From positions 1 to 64,000 of the forward strand of contig QPGO01000200.1 in NCBI GenBank assembly GCA_008632985.1: 64,000 nucleotides of DNA. The letters run 5' to 3'. Position numbers and translations under genes: made by a program. Origin of the DNA: Psammoneis japonica (Eukaryota). The notes under the pieces were generated by a model. That model searched no databases. It was not told the DNA's origin and saw only the letters and a program-made list of their open reading frames with translations. Positions within the stretch are counted from its first letter, which is position 1, and every line of letters begins with the position of its first letter. Of the stretch, positions 27,335 to 40,183 are shown piece after piece.

Positions 27335-27389
27335 CCAAGTCTAGATTCACCAGACATGTTAAGTATCAGCAGCACAAATCAACTGTTTG

Positions 27390-28552
27390 TTACAGTAGAT
27401 AATGGTAAAACTTAGACGGACCCTCACCTCTTTCTTGCAAGGCGCGCTGAACCATTTCGCTACGCTCAAGCCACGCATAGTCATCCACATTCATGCTGGC
27501 TTCTTGAACATCTCCTTCGTCGTGTTGCACCCGCATGAAAAATGTTTTGGTTCCAAACATGCCGTTTCTCCGCTTATCCTCCGGAGGGACGTTCATGTCC
27601 ACTGCCACGGGGCAATTGGAGGGACAGTATAGCTCAATTTCAGACCCCACGGACTCAGCGACGGCACGCTGGGCAGCATCTAAGAGTGTTTCATCCTCGT
27701 TCAGGTCTACAGTGGGAAAGCCCCACTTTGGATTCCTGTGTTTCCCTAGGACAGCTAGGTATATCCTTGTTTTCAGGCTCCGATTCAAAGTTCGAACGTC
27801 ACCGGACTTGTCCGCGTCGGTCTCACGGGGGGCGGGCACAAAACCCTCTGGGAGCATTTCTGTACCACATGCATAGAGATGAAAGAGCAGACGGCAGTAA
27901 AGAGTGCGTGAGAGTTGTTCGTTCAGAAAACTGAATTGCGAAGAGGGAAGAGAGAGCCAAATTTACCGAGTAACTCCTCATCGGTGGGTACAGATGTGTT
28001 TTCAAGAATCGAAGCATCCGTCTTGACAAGTTCGCTTGGATATTCCTTCCCAAATTGAGAAAGATATGCATTTAGATCCAAATACTGTTGCTCCCACTCT
28101 TCTTTGTCTGGTGTCACCACCTAATAGAAACGATAAAAGATGTGAGGACGGTTGAAAGGTGCCCCCGAAGTTCAACTCGACGAATTGTTTCTTACAGGTA
28201 ATCGCTCAACTACAGCTGCCACTCGGATATTCCAATCCAGACCGAGTTGTCGAGCCTTTCGGTCCACGGTTTCCTGATACACGAGTCTTTTGTTGAACCA
28301 TGTTCGGAACTCATTCTTCTTGACATCTCTTGGCATACTGTCTCGCCTCGTCTTGAGTCGTTGAAGCCTCTGCTGCCGCTGATTGTACTGCTCTGTACGT
28401 TTTTTCTTGGCCGCTTTCTTGGACTCCGCGTATGTTGACTCGAAACGAGCTAATCCATTCCATGACGATGGTAGGTGAGAAGTATCCCGAAAAAGCGCAA
28501 CACGCCGAAAAAATGCACCGCCATTATTGAACACCGCAGAAGACATCCTCAT
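27390..28552 (-). CDS. MRPL46: Mitochondrial ribosomal protein mL46 (NUDIX-like fold); exons 28552-28196, 28120-27967, 27859-27390
   Basis: Presequence-like N-terminus, VERLPVV, PRETDADKSGDVRTLNRSL, WGFP...ETLLDAAQR, KTFFM, DYAWL. Confidence 0.85.
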
Positions 28553-28995
28553 CGCAAACTCCGTGATTCCCTGCTGGCTTGGAAATGTGAGTGTTGCCGA
28601 GGTTAACTTACTGCCGTCGTCACTTCTGTCTCTTTGTCCTCTGTGTGGTGTGCCTCTTGTCACTCTTGTTTGCTATCAATCTCGATCATCAGTGTTGCTG
28701 TCACTCCCAACTACGGTAACTGCGGGGTAGGGCCCTATGTGCTGCGGAGGTTGTGTGTGGCCGGTGCATGCGATGGCGCTGATGCGATGGTGTTGTGTTG
28801 CGATGCGCGTTGCGCGATGCCGCACTCCCGCAAGCTTTAGGTAGTTCGATTGTTTGACTGTCATTTATCGATAATAGCATGATGGCATGTCGCTCGCAAT
28901 GCTGTATCAGCGACTTGCTATTTTCCTATTGCCATAGCAACAAGTGCACAGTTTTGACGTGTTGATACCATCGAAAATTAACTGAAACTACTGCT

Positions 28996-30249
28996 ATGGA
29001 GTGTGCAACGAGAATGTCAGCGGCACATGTTGTTGACGGGTATCCCGCAGAATACCAACCCATTGAAGGAGTTCGTGATGCTGAGAGAGCCTTTGTAGAG
29101 CGACGCTTTCGAAGAGCCTTGAAACTATCCACCCTCATGTTAAAACAGGATTTTGTGGGGCACAATGGCAGAGACCAAACAACTAATACTGCACAGCTAC
29201 TTTCTGTTCCCCCCAGTTTGGCATGGATGGACGATGGCGGAGGAGAATGCAGGAATGGAGAGAAGAAATCCGCGGTTGTTACTCTGCGTGTTGATTTGTC
29301 CTCGATAGTGTCACCAGCTGATAAGGTTGCTGTAATTTTACTTCAGAGTTGTCACGAACTCAAGTACAGAAAGACTCGTATGTCAAGTCGGGAGATACAA
29401 CACGGCATTGCGGCGTTCTTAGATTTCTACTATGGTTCTCAAAAAGATCCCATGCCACTGTCTGTGGCTGTCGTTTGGATAAAATATTGTCATGAATGTG
29501 GGTGGCATCACAATGCATTGGAATTGGCGGCAGAGCTACTACATTTGTTATGTACGAGCTTCTCTGCATTGGCAGGAAATACCCTACCCGACATCTCCTT
29601 CGAGTTACTCTTGTTCCTTTCCACCACATCTTTACCTTACGCCGAGAACCCTGCACACGCTGACAAAGTTTTCAAGCGTATCTTTTCACAAACTTGGAAA
29701 CCTCTTCATTTTACATTCACAACCATTCCAAGCCTAAACGAAAAGGCAGTCCAAGTTGTTCTCTCTGGGCTGGACGATTTGATGAATTGTCGCCTTGCTG
29801 ACGATCCAGCGTTGAAACGTGTCAAGGAATGTAAATTGCAACTGGAAATACTGTTTGATGAATGGAGAAGCGAGGGGGGCGCAAAAGAGATCGAGGACAG
29901 TAACATCCGTGGGATCAACAGGCATCTCACGGTTCCTTGCTCGTCTCTTCCAAACCGAAAAGTCTCGTGGCGTCTTTCTCCGTTGACAGAAAATCAAGAA
30001 TGGCAAACGCGAGTGGTTCGAAAACTTTTGAAGTATTTTCGCATCAATTTCGTTGAACCACTGTACTACGACGATGTGAGATGGGCCAACCGAGGACGAG
30101 TTGTCTTCTCTGCGTTCGTGACCTATCTGGCGTGGAAGAGAAGGCGCAAAATTACCGCAGCAGCAACAAATCTGGGAAAGGTGTGTTTGGCTCCACTTCT
30201 TGAAATTTTCGAGGCTCTTATGCCAAGAAAGCATAATCAGATGAACTAA
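28996..30249 (+). CDS. Hypothetical tail-anchored protein, possibly APEM9/Pex26-like
   Basis: 417-aa intact ORF with a helical N-terminal part (VILLQSCHEL) and a C-terminal hydrophobic segment followed by KRRRK. The family call is tentative. Confidence 0.6.
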   Translation: MECATRMSAAHVVDGYPAEYQPIEGVRDAERAFVERRFRRALKLSTLMLKQDFVGHNGRDQTTNTAQLLSVPPSLAWMDDGGGECRNGEKKSAVVTLRVDLSSIVSPADKVAVILLQSCHELKYRKTRMSSREIQHGIAAFLDFYYGSQKDPMPLSVAVVWIKYCHECGWHHNALELAAELLHLLCTSFSALAGNTLPDISFELLLFLSTTSLPYAENPAHADKVFKRIFSQTWKPLHFTFTTIPSLNEKAVQVVLSGLDDLMNCRLADDPALKRVKECKLQLEILFDEWRSEGGAKEIEDSNIRGINRHLTVPCSSLPNRKVSWRLSPLTENQEWQTRVVRKLLKYFRINFVEPLYYDDVRWANRGRVVFSAFVTYLAWKRRRKITAAATNLGKVCLAPLLEIFEALMPRKHNQMN

Positions 30250-30455
30250 TCAATGGCGGTAGAGTATGAACGCATAATTATGCTACGAAGTAAGATAAAC
30301 GCGATGAAGCTACTAACGGCAAAAAGAAGAAACACATCATGAATAGGTTTGACCCTTACTGTTATCCTGGAATCCTCGTGAATTCTGACAACAACATGTC
30401 AATTCAAACTACCGAACCACCTTGAATGCATAAACTTTTTGTGTCGCCTTTTCGC

Positions 30456-30737
30456 CTAGCCCTCTTTTTCCATTTCCTTGCGAATCCGGGTCTCTTGCTT
30501 CTTAGCCTCCACACGCTGGAGCCAGGAGTTGTAGCCACACTCTTCGTATACATGACGTTGATGCCCACACTTGTTGGGATTCCAAAACGTCTCGCGGCGA
30601 CATTTGTTCAAGTCTACCAACAAATGAGCGCACGTGTCACGGAACGCCAAAGGTATCTTCGCTTCCTTGAGGGCTTCCAGGTCTTGCTCCACTTTAGGAT
30701 CGGCAGCAGGATTGAAATGATGATCTCCTCCGCCCAT
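30456..30737 (-). CDS. NDUFB7: NADH:ubiquinone oxidoreductase subunit B18 (NDUFB7)
   Basis: IPLAFRDTCAHLLVDLNKCRR...KCGHQRHVYEEC twin CX9C pattern. Confidence 0.93.
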   Translation of the reverse strand: MGGGDHHFNPAADPKVEQDLEALKEAKIPLAFRDTCAHLLVDLNKCRRETFWNPNKCGHQRHVYEECGYNSWLQRVEAKKQETRIRKEMEKEG

Positions 30738-31244
30738 ATTTCCTGTTTCTTCTTCACGTAAGCTTCCAAGCTGACTTTAAAATCACAGTGCTTCAGTGGC
30801 GATGCTAAGGATGTGTTGCTGCTGCTCGGCCTGGTGCTGTGGGTTATGAATATAACACACTCAAATACAACATCAACATCGACGCAGTTGTCGTCGCTCG
30901 CTCATCGCCTTCATTCGCCTCTTCGTCTCGCGTGTCGCGTTCGTCATGTCAGTGCATGCGATGCGAATGACAGACGACTAACGTACAAATTATACCAAGT
31001 AGTGCGTATGTACATTCATACGCTACGATTTACGTGCAAGAAACTAAAGTGTGATCGCCTATTCGGGAAAGGTTTTTAGTGTCGATTTTCGATTTTTTTA
31101 CACCTCACACCTCACCCCTCACGCTCAACTTCGAAGCTTGAGAAGATGCGATGAAGCTACTCTAACTCTGAACTGATTGTTTTCGAAGGAACACCGCACC
31201 TTTTCTCTCCATTGGATAGGCTCGAGTGCTCTTAGAAACGGAAG

Positions 31245-32238
31245 ATGAATGCCGCAGAGAAATCAAAATCGAGCGACGGCGCAATCAATTCCTTGCTACA
31301 GCAATGCCAAGATGAGCTCCGTGCAGCAGAAAAGGATATCAGTGAAGCTCGAGTTCTCGCCGAACGCGCTGGGCTATCTGTGGACTCTTCCATTTTAGAT
31401 ACCTATTTCCCCATCCAAGGGGGGAATGCCGATGCAAGCAGCGGGGCGGTGTCTACGGTTCTGCGGACAACCGGAGGTCACTCCAACACGGACCACATCA
31501 TCAAGTACACAGGAAGTCCACGCGAAGACAGAATCGCCGAACTGAAACGTGCTATGCAGCGAAGAGCAAAGGCGATGCAGCCTGAAAATAAGGGAGAGGA
31601 TCGTTGGGACCAGCCACGAGTTAAAGGAGGACGAAGACGCCGAATTCTTCGCGAGAAGGATATGCCATCAGCTCCACCGGAGCCACCGCCGACTGGATAC
31701 GTCGTATTTGTTGGCCAAATGACTACGAAAATTCGCCACGACCGCCCCCATGAAAGACACAATCAGACGAAAGGTACAGTTCTCTTTATCCTCTTTAAAA
31801 TGCGTTTTACATGCCGGCATCTAAAACTTTCTTCGTCGCTTGACTCGCCAAACAATTTCCCTTGTAGTTGTCCGGGAAATTAGCAAGATATGGACAATTG
31901 GGATGGGTGATGAAGAGCGGGAGTATTATAATAGATTTGCCCGGGAAGCGCGAGAGGAGTATCAGCAGGCCCACAGAGAGTACCGTGCTACGGGGGCTTA
32001 CACTCCAAGCAGGCAATTTGAGAAGCTTGAAGATGGAGCTGGGCCCTGGGTGCGGACTGCATGGAACTTAAAGAACACATTGGAAAGAGAAATTTCTGGT
32101 TATAGCACTGTTCAGTTTCCTCTAAGGCCTCCGGAATTCGACGAAGAGTATAGGAAACGGGAAGAGAATAGCAAGCGTCGAAGAAAAGAGAAGACCAAGC
32201 GTGAGAGAGAAGCAGCAGCTGCAAGCAAGACGTTGTAG
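31245..32238 (+). CDS. HMG-box protein; intron 31774-31867
   Basis: PPEPPPTGYVVFV...VVREISKIW...EREYYNRFAREAREEY HMG-box pattern spans the intron. Confidence 0.82.
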
Positions 32239-32499
32239 ACACCTACTAATGTGTAGTGAGCGACTAGAAGTAGTAAAGAAAAGGCTTGGGCTTCTTGCAA
32301 GGCAATCGTTCCTATTTTCCTTCGAACAGCCCAAAGAGTTGCAAAACCAACGCAAATGGTAGATGAACTCGTCCGTGAGTACTGCATGTCCGTCTGCTGC
32401 CCGTCACGTACCGGTACAGTTTTCAATATTTTTTGCATCCCATCATCGCATCATCGCATCATCGCAACTCCTCACTCCACACTCCACACTCTCTCAACC

Positions 32500-33468
32500 A
32501 TGCCTTCCTCTTCGCCGTCTTCTTCTATGCCTCTTGCATTCAGTGAGGGAGCACCACTGCCTTCCAATGCTCCACATTGGGCGGTTGCTGCGAGTGAAAG
32601 GCTCCGAGACAAGCGAGAGAAGGGTCTCGGCAACAGTGCCATACCACCCGGTGGGGTTTCGCGTGTGCTCCTCCATAGTTGCTGTGCACCATGCTCTGGC
32701 GCCATGGTAGAAGAAATGTGTGCCTCAAAATCGATCGATGAAGTAGTTGTCTTCTTCTACAATCCAAACATTCATCCGAGAAAGGAGTACGAAATTCGTA
32801 AGGACGAAAACAAAAAGTACTGTGAGCGGATTGGCGTGCAATTTGTAGACTGCGATTATGACGTTGAGAATTGGTACGCTAGAATGAAAGGCATGGAATA
32901 CGATCCGGAACGGGGAAAGCGATGTACCGAGTGCTTTGATATGAGAATGGAACGAACGGCTCTGTATGCACACGAGAATGGCTTTGATGCGATTGCTACA
33001 ACCAATGCCACGTCACGGTGGAAAGACGCGAAACAAGTTGACGAATCGGGCGAACGAGCAGCCGCCAAATATGAAGGTCTCCATTATTGGTCTTACGATT
33101 GGCAGTCAGATGAAATGACGATCCGAAAATATGAGATATCAGCTAAAGAACGCTTCTACAAACAAGAGTACTGTGGCTGCTCGTACTCTCTTCGAGATTC
33201 CAACGACTGGCGAAAAGCAAATGGCCTGGAGAAAATCCATATCGGAGGAGAAAAGGCGGGAATTGGAGGGCGGTACTTTTCTGACCCAATAGTTGATGCC
33301 GCAGAAGAATCACAAGACGTTGTTGACGAGTTCTTCGCTCAAGCCGCGGCCATCGCGGAAGAGGGAGGGAAGAATATCAAGACGAGAAAAGAAAGATGGG
33401 AGGTGTACAAAAACCGGCGAAAGAACGAGGCGCACGATGGAAGCACAAACGGATTGAATAACAGGTGA
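32500..33468 (+). CDS. queH: Epoxyqueuosine reductase QueH (DUF208)
   Basis: LLHSCCAPCS, FFYNPNIHP, RCTECFDMRMERTA, SRWK, YKQEYCGCSYS; no intron. Confidence 0.9.
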   Translation: MPSSSPSSSMPLAFSEGAPLPSNAPHWAVAASERLRDKREKGLGNSAIPPGGVSRVLLHSCCAPCSGAMVEEMCASKSIDEVVVFFYNPNIHPRKEYEIRKDENKKYCERIGVQFVDCDYDVENWYARMKGMEYDPERGKRCTECFDMRMERTALYAHENGFDAIATTNATSRWKDAKQVDESGERAAAKYEGLHYWSYDWQSDEMTIRKYEISAKERFYKQEYCGCSYSLRDSNDWRKANGLEKIHIGGEKAGIGGRYFSDPIVDAAEESQDVVDEFFAQAAAIAEEGGKNIKTRKERWEVYKNRRKNEAHDGSTNGLNNR

Positions 33469-33623
33469 TAATGCTGTGATAAATGAGGCTGAAAACCGTT
33501 CTAGATATCTGTAAATGGAACTTACGGTAGTTGAAAAATGACCGCTACATTTCCATGGTTGATGCGTGATCATCTCTAGTTGCCAGCCACGTCAGGCAGA
33601 AAGAGTGTAACAACGCAGCCAGA

Positions 33624-34652
33624 CTAAAAAACAACATCCTCGTCATCTTGAGCGTCAAAGGTCGCGGTGATATCCTGATCGTTTTCTTTGGCAATCGAAA
33701 TCCCTGCCTTCTTCATCTTCGACAGTTCCGCGTCCTTCTTCTTCTGCTCCTCTTCTTGCGCGACTTCTTTCTTTCCTTGCACAAGCTTTAAACGCGTGAA
33801 ATCTATAGATGCAAAGACTAGTGAGTCACACCTAGTCGCGTCTCAAAGGCACTACCCCTTCTCCTCAACCTTCAAAATACACGTACCTTCACGCTCCAAC
33901 TCATCGAGTTCACGCTCGATGTATTTTAGAATTCCAACAATCTTTGGAATAGTGACGTTCTCCAAGGCATTAACTCGACGGTTCGTAACCTTCAACGCCT
34001 CATCAAGAGTTACAAAACTGGTCTGCAGCGACGCCAACCTGATGAGCATCTCAAGCAGGACCGTGAACTTTTCACGAACAGCAACAATTTTCTTTCCGCC
34101 ACCAACCAGACCCAAGCTCTGGTTGTCGGCCGCGGCACCAGTGTCATATTTGGTGAAAACGGGGAGCTTCACACCAGCAACATTGTCGACTCCTGCGCCC
34201 ACCCGAACACGTGCACTCATCGATCCCTCGGCGACCTTTTGTTTGAAGTTACCAGCAGCGTACTCCGCCTGGGTCATGGAGAAGAATGCGTTCGAGGCAT
34301 CGCCAGCCATGGATGACTTGGTCTCGGCAATGGCCTTGGCGTAATCACGGAATTTAACCTACAATGAGCGGCAAGGAACGAGGGCGATAACAGTGAGATA
34401 CTATAGGCATCCATGAGAGCCACCAGAAACGTTCGGACTACAGAAATTGAAAGAAAATCCTTATTCCAAATACATATTTGAATAAGAAATTTTCCGCGCA
34501 ATTAGATTTCACCTCATAAGAACCGACGACAAAACCGGACGAACCTTCAAAGCATCAGCCTTCTTTTTCAACAACTTGTGTCCACCTTCAGCAGCTTTCT
34601 TCTTTCCCTTGAAGATCTGCTGGTTCATACGAGTGGGAGGAATCTCCGACAT
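33624..34652 (-). CDS. ATP6V1D: V-type ATPase subunit D; 2 introns
   Basis: PTRMN...GHKLLKKKADAL, NVAGVKLP, LASLQTSF...KVTNRRVNALE, ELDELERE|DFTRLK, DEDVVF-stop. Confidence 0.95.
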
Positions 34653-34955
34653 GGTTCTTGTCTTGCACTTGCGTTGTTTGCCCGTCCACGATCTTGTGTC
34701 CGCTGCGGTGGTAGTACGGTATTTTTTTGTGCCTCTCATCGATCATCGACATTGCTTGGCGAGCCCGATAACGGCTTTAAACTTACGATCTTCATACCTT
34801 AATTTTAAATTTAATTTTTAAGATTATTATGTTATATATAAGGAGTTCGTACCGTGCAACCTATAAATAGCATACTAAATTTAATGATCAATTTTATGAC
34901 GTATATGTAGATTATACGCACTGCTTGACAGCAAAGGCGAGAGGCGGGCCAGAAA

Positions 34956-36635
34956 ATGATGACGGCGATCGGTATGGTTAGAAACCAACTTTACCTACTT
35001 CTACGTAAATGCAAGATAGATAGCAGAGAAGTGTGCTGAGACAGCAAGAGGCAAAAGAAGACAAAGGCACAAGAAAGCAGAAGTCGACGATTGTGGTGAC
35101 GTGCAAATACAAAAGATGGTGTTGCTTTCGTTAACGTCGCGGGTCAACAAGGTAGTCGGTCCTTTTCTGTTGCGATGTGGGCTAGGCGGTCGATACCTAC
35201 TTGGTGGAAAGTCTGGTCTTATTCGTGATAACCCATCTTTGGATGCACTTTTGTTGCTTCCGCTTTCCCAGAAACTTGTTTCGATTGAAGTGCAAGATGA
35301 CGCGGTCAGAGAACTGAAACGAAGCTTAAAGGAGCCATCTGCCTTGACAAATTTGCGGAGAGAACTTTCGACAGAATTTTCGGAAAGGATTTGAAGGAAT
35401 CGAGGTCTAGCAACGAACCGCGAAGACTTAAGGCGCTTGAAGAGTATTTGCGACCCGTCCTTATTCCGCATGAGCGATGGTCTGATGTAATTCGGTGGCA
35501 CTTTAACACTCGCTTTTTGAAGTGGGCACGCACAGAATTCCTTATTGCCAAGCATGGCTCGTTATTGACGGAAACGCTGAGAAATAATCCAAACCTTCGA
35601 CTGGAAAGTCTTTTTTCCTCCAACAGATCAGTTCTTAGCTTCTTCAAACGGAAACAGGACAACGATCGCCACAAAAGAATGGTTCTACCATCGTCATCTC
35701 AAATGAAGAAAGCTTTTCAATTGCAAAACTGGAAAACAGAGAAGAATGCTAATGCCGAGTGGAAACGAATGACTGAAATTGCCGAAAGCTTAGGTGGAAA
35801 AGTCGTTGAGGTGCCAGGTTCAAGCCTTCGATTTTCCGATATACCACCAGAAGCTGACCTGACAGAGTTGTCACTTGAAGATATTTTGGAGGTCGCCGGT
35901 TGTCACGTTGCATCTTGCGGGCCTCTCAATGCGCTGTGTGAAGATGCTAGGATTTATGAGATTTGGACAAAGGAATTCGTGTCTACTTTAGCATCCTACT
36001 TGCTTGATCAAGCAGAAAGCTTTCCTGGAGAAACCGTCGTGCTCGATGTTGGTGCTGGCGATGGTTTGCTCGCGCATTTTCTCCGAGACTATCTCTATGT
36101 TGAGGCAAAACGTCGATTTCGCGAGGAGCAGGCATCTTCGTACGCAAGAAGAAAAACCCGAAAACCTGGCTCGAAGCGACTGATTGAGCCTGATGTGTCA
36201 AATCTTCCTCTGGTTATCGCTGTAGACGACGGGAGTTGGAATATTGAAGCAAAGGCAGAGATTGAAAATTTGAATGTCACTGATGCAATGGTGAAATATG
36301 CAGGTGGGGAAAACCGGCGTCTTATTATCTTGTGTAGTTGGATGCCTATGGGGGAAGATTGGACCGCGTCCTTTCGAGACGCTGGCGCCACAGAGTATAT
36401 ATTGATAGGCGAGTGTGACGATGGTATGTGCGGCGAACACTGGGCAACCTGGGGAAATTCGGAAGAAAGAGGGGAAGGAGAGAAGAAGGATGGTATAGAA
36501 AGGCAACGTGCACCTTATGATGTGGACGGATTCATAAGGAGAAACCTCGATGAACTTTCATCTTTGCATTTTTCAAGGTTTGACACATCAGTGTCGAAAA
36601 ATAGTAGAACAGTGAGCTTTCGGCAGGCCGCTTAA
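34956..36635 (+). CDS. Hypothetical protein with a SAM-dependent methyltransferase-like motif; apparent frameshift near 35385
   Basis: VLDVGAGDGLL motif I, IAVDDGSW, CSWMPMGEDWT, YILIGE. The 5' structure is uncertain. Confidence 0.65.
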
Positions 36636-36820
36636 TCATGACACCGTGACAAAATTGGCTTTCCGTTCTGTTTCTAATAGACAGACGACGCTCAAAATGC
36701 AGCTCTTACTAGAACACGAACAAACAATGGCCTTAGGCCCTTTCCATGTTCAACGTCGCCAATACTCATCAAAATGTACAGTTAGGCTAGAGGATTGTGT
36801 GACAATTGAGAACAAGTTCA

Positions 36821-37051
36821 TCGTGGGACCCCACAAATACGGAGGGACCCGGAATGTGTAGAGTCTACGTAATGTAGGACTGTTCACGTAGGTTTTGTAC
36901 CAGAGCTATCTCGCGAACTAGGCGTTTTTTCGGATTTTTGTCGTAGAAACTGTACCAGTTTTGCGTATGTAGGCTACATGTTTCAGTACCACATACAAAA
37001 ATTCGCGTAGAGCTCTACAGGAGGGTCCCTCCGTATTTGTGGGGTCTCACG
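36821..37051. repeat. ~230-bp fold-back element with ~45-bp terminal inverted repeats (MITE-like)
   Basis: GTGGGACCCCACAAATACGGAGGGACCC at 36823 versus GGGTCCCTCCGTATTTGTGGGGTCTCAC at 37023. Confidence 0.7.
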
Positions 37052-38710
37052 CACTCCCTCGGATCGTAACATATTTCAACTGGCGCACAGAGAGATTTCT
37101 ACGTGATTTCTACGTACCTCGTACGAATCACGTAGCCGTAATAGCACAAAACGTCTGGCCTCCACCCCAATCCTATGCCGGTAACACTCCACACTCCCGC
37201 CTATTTATTGTACCGGCCGGTACCAAGAGGTTCGATTCTCTCATGCTTTTGAACTTCATTCAGCACCCCGTCTACTCACCACCAGTCCAAAACAACACGA
37301 GTGCATCTCTTTCAACTGGAAAGTTGATTGACAGAAGAGTGAAGAAAGATCTCTTTCAGAACTTTTACTCTCTTGACTGTACCAGCATAATGTAAGTGTG
37401 ACGAATCGGGAAACTCGGGTCGAGTCGTCGACACGGCCGGATTGAAGTCAAAAGGAGGTCCGCAGGAAAACAAAACAAATAAAGAGCTAAGAGAGTTATA
37501 ATAAGACTGTGAAAAGATGCCAGCTCGATTCCCAGATAAAGGTGACTCGATGCAAAAAATCGATACTACTCATTGCATGGAGTGATCTGAGTAACAAACC
37601 CCGGCCAATCGCACGATACTTTGCACCTCGGGCAAGAATAAAGCCCACCCAACAGTATCTGAATAATTCCCATAGGAGTGATGTTTCTGTCACCAATCTT
37701 CTCCAAATCAAACATTGCCAGCATAACCACGTACACGTCCTTTTCCCACCTGCAAATGCTCCTTGAAACCAACTGATCCACCACGAATGACGTTGTTGTA
37801 ACCTGCAAAGATGTCCTCCAAGAGATTGATATCTTTCGACCTCCTAATGATACCAAGTTTTCTGGGTTGTCAAATAGATCAGGGTGTCCATAATGTCATC
37901 GGATGCAGAGAGGTCTTCAAGGAATTTCTTGCAAGGCCACCTAGCTTGCCAGAGAACTCACACACCGTGTTTTAATACATGATCCATGAACACCACTGTT
38001 TGTATCATCAACATATTCCATAAAGTAAATCATGAGGCCCTTTCGTGGGAAGAATCTGCGTGCGGACCGAGAAACAAACAGAATAAGTGCCGGACCGCTG
38101 TCGTCTGTTGGAAACACACCAACCACGAGCCGCGACGTCCAGAGCTCGTCTCAAACACTCCAAAGGTGCCATACACATCAGCGCCTTTTATCTATATTTA
38201 TTATGAAACGAATGAGGCATAGGTAAAGGGATGAGAGGAGGGAAATAATAACAAACTCGACGAAACATACCGGAACGACGACAACAGCGGCAGACTCATA
38301 CACCGAAGGAATCGAAATCGATATTCTTGCGCGGAGTGGCACTTGTCAAAATTCAGCCAACACGTAATGGTGCTATAGACAAATGTCGACAATATCCTGA
38401 GTGACTCACCTCGTGAAAACAGGTGACAACGACGGTGGACGCGAAACAAATTCGCCATGGTGGCTACGCAAATTCTGCGTAGAATTTTTCGTTTTTGTAC
38501 CAGGAACCAAAAAAATCGCACGTTGCGATTTTTTTAAGCTGTGCCAGTTAGCCTGGTACAGCGNCAAGTTGCTTTGAAATTTGAATATCAACATACGAAC
38601 CAATGGCCCTACAAACACAAACTTCAGTCGTAGTCTAGACTACCTCTACTCTAGCCAACCTGGGTTCATCCTTGGTCTCTACTGCATTACTACACTGAAG
38701 CGAAGCATAA

Positions 38711-38735
38711 TCTACTCTACTCTACTCTACTCTAC
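38711..38735. repeat. (TCTAC)5 microsatellite within a CTAG/TAGAG-rich tract
   Basis: Read directly from the sequence. Confidence 0.9.
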
Positions 38736-38889
38736 TAGAGCACCGGTAGCTACTCTAGCTAGAGTAGAGAGAATACGGTAGGGCCTACTCTAGCTGGACC
38801 TAGCTGCCGGCAAGGAACCTTGTCTTCCCGGCGCCCGTCGCGAACTGCGGAAATTCATAGATTGCAACCGTCACGACGGCCAAGTCGCT

Positions 38890-39823
38890 CAATGATGGCG
38901 TGTGCTGAGGCCTATTATCAACAGACATCATCAGCACCGTCGATTGGAAGAGTGGTGGAGGAATTGTGAGGGACATGTTGGACTTCCGGCATTGGAATTG
39001 AGAGGAGAGTCAGTGGTCGAGGAGAGCATTCCGCACTTGCCACCCGCATCCCATCCATTCTTGAGCTTGACAGTGACACTTTTGTGCATGAGCAGGCTCC
39101 ACTCTTGATTGCCTTGTCTTGTGCATCCCTCCAGTTTGATGAAAAGGTACACAATTCATCACAAAGGTGTTTCATTCTAACAATGCTTCATCAGTGACCG
39201 AATCTGACTCTTGTCTTTGTACTTACCGTAGAAGAAGGGAACCGTCTCTATTGTTCTTACGGCATGGATGGCTAGGTTGTTTTAGAGCCTCGATGGTCTT
39301 CATCCAACTTTTACGGAGACTTGACTGTTTCCCTCTTTCAGCTGCACCTAACCTTGAGTGTCTTTCATCCCGACGTCAAGGAGGAGAATTTCATGTATTG
39401 CAGCCCCAAGCCAAGGACGACTGTTGCCAAAAGACTTGGTAGCAGTAGGGCCTATGGCATTGGCTTTGGAGGTACCGCAGACAATCCACGTTTGTTTCTT
39501 CCACTCACCTTGGAGAAGAGCACCATGCTCGTTATCTAGATCGCACGTAAAAGAATGGTCATTTGCTTCCTGTCGAAGCCTTGGAAAAGTTTCAAATAAA
39601 GTTTCTCGACTTACGGGGCGCAGGTGGTGCCGAACATTGCGAGACCATGGATGCGGTCCTTCATAAGGCACGCACTGTCGCGGACAAGTGTCAGTTTGCT
39701 GCCAACATGAAGTCGGGCCTCATTGTCAATGACGTCTTTGCCCACCAAAAGGATGTTCATGGACAAGAAGACTTTGTTGTCGATGATGCCCACGGTGGAA
39801 GCAAACACGAACACAGGGCTTAA
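38890..39823 (+). pseudogene. TLDc-domain gene remnant
   Basis: W...FYGD, LFQL, NFMY, GIGFGG..NPRLFL motifs, split by frameshifts and a TAG at 39537. Confidence 0.55.
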
Positions 39824-40183
39824 ACTGCATGCTTGGGTGTACTTGGATTTAGGGTGAGAAATTAGAAGTGTGAGGATCATAGAAAGATTTGGTTGGAGAT
39901 GCTTTTCAATGATTTGGGCGCTCCATGTTTGATAGTCAGGAAAAGGATGAGACTGGCTGTACCACCGCAAGTCGCACTGTACAACTTTTAAAATTCATTT
40001 CTTATTTCGTGTCATCCATGTGTGATTCGCGAAAGCCCAGCACGCAGGTGCAGTACTCTCTAGTATTTGCTCTCTCTGCTCCAACCGTACGTATGGCCTT
40101 CTTCTGTTGACCCGAGCTCGTGATGCCACCGAAAAGGTTTGCTTACTTTCGTGTAATACCGTATCTCTACTAAGCAACGACTA

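Noticed and set aside
33688..34344. Plus-strand 218-aa ORF
   Set aside because: It is the antisense shadow of V-ATPase subunit D.
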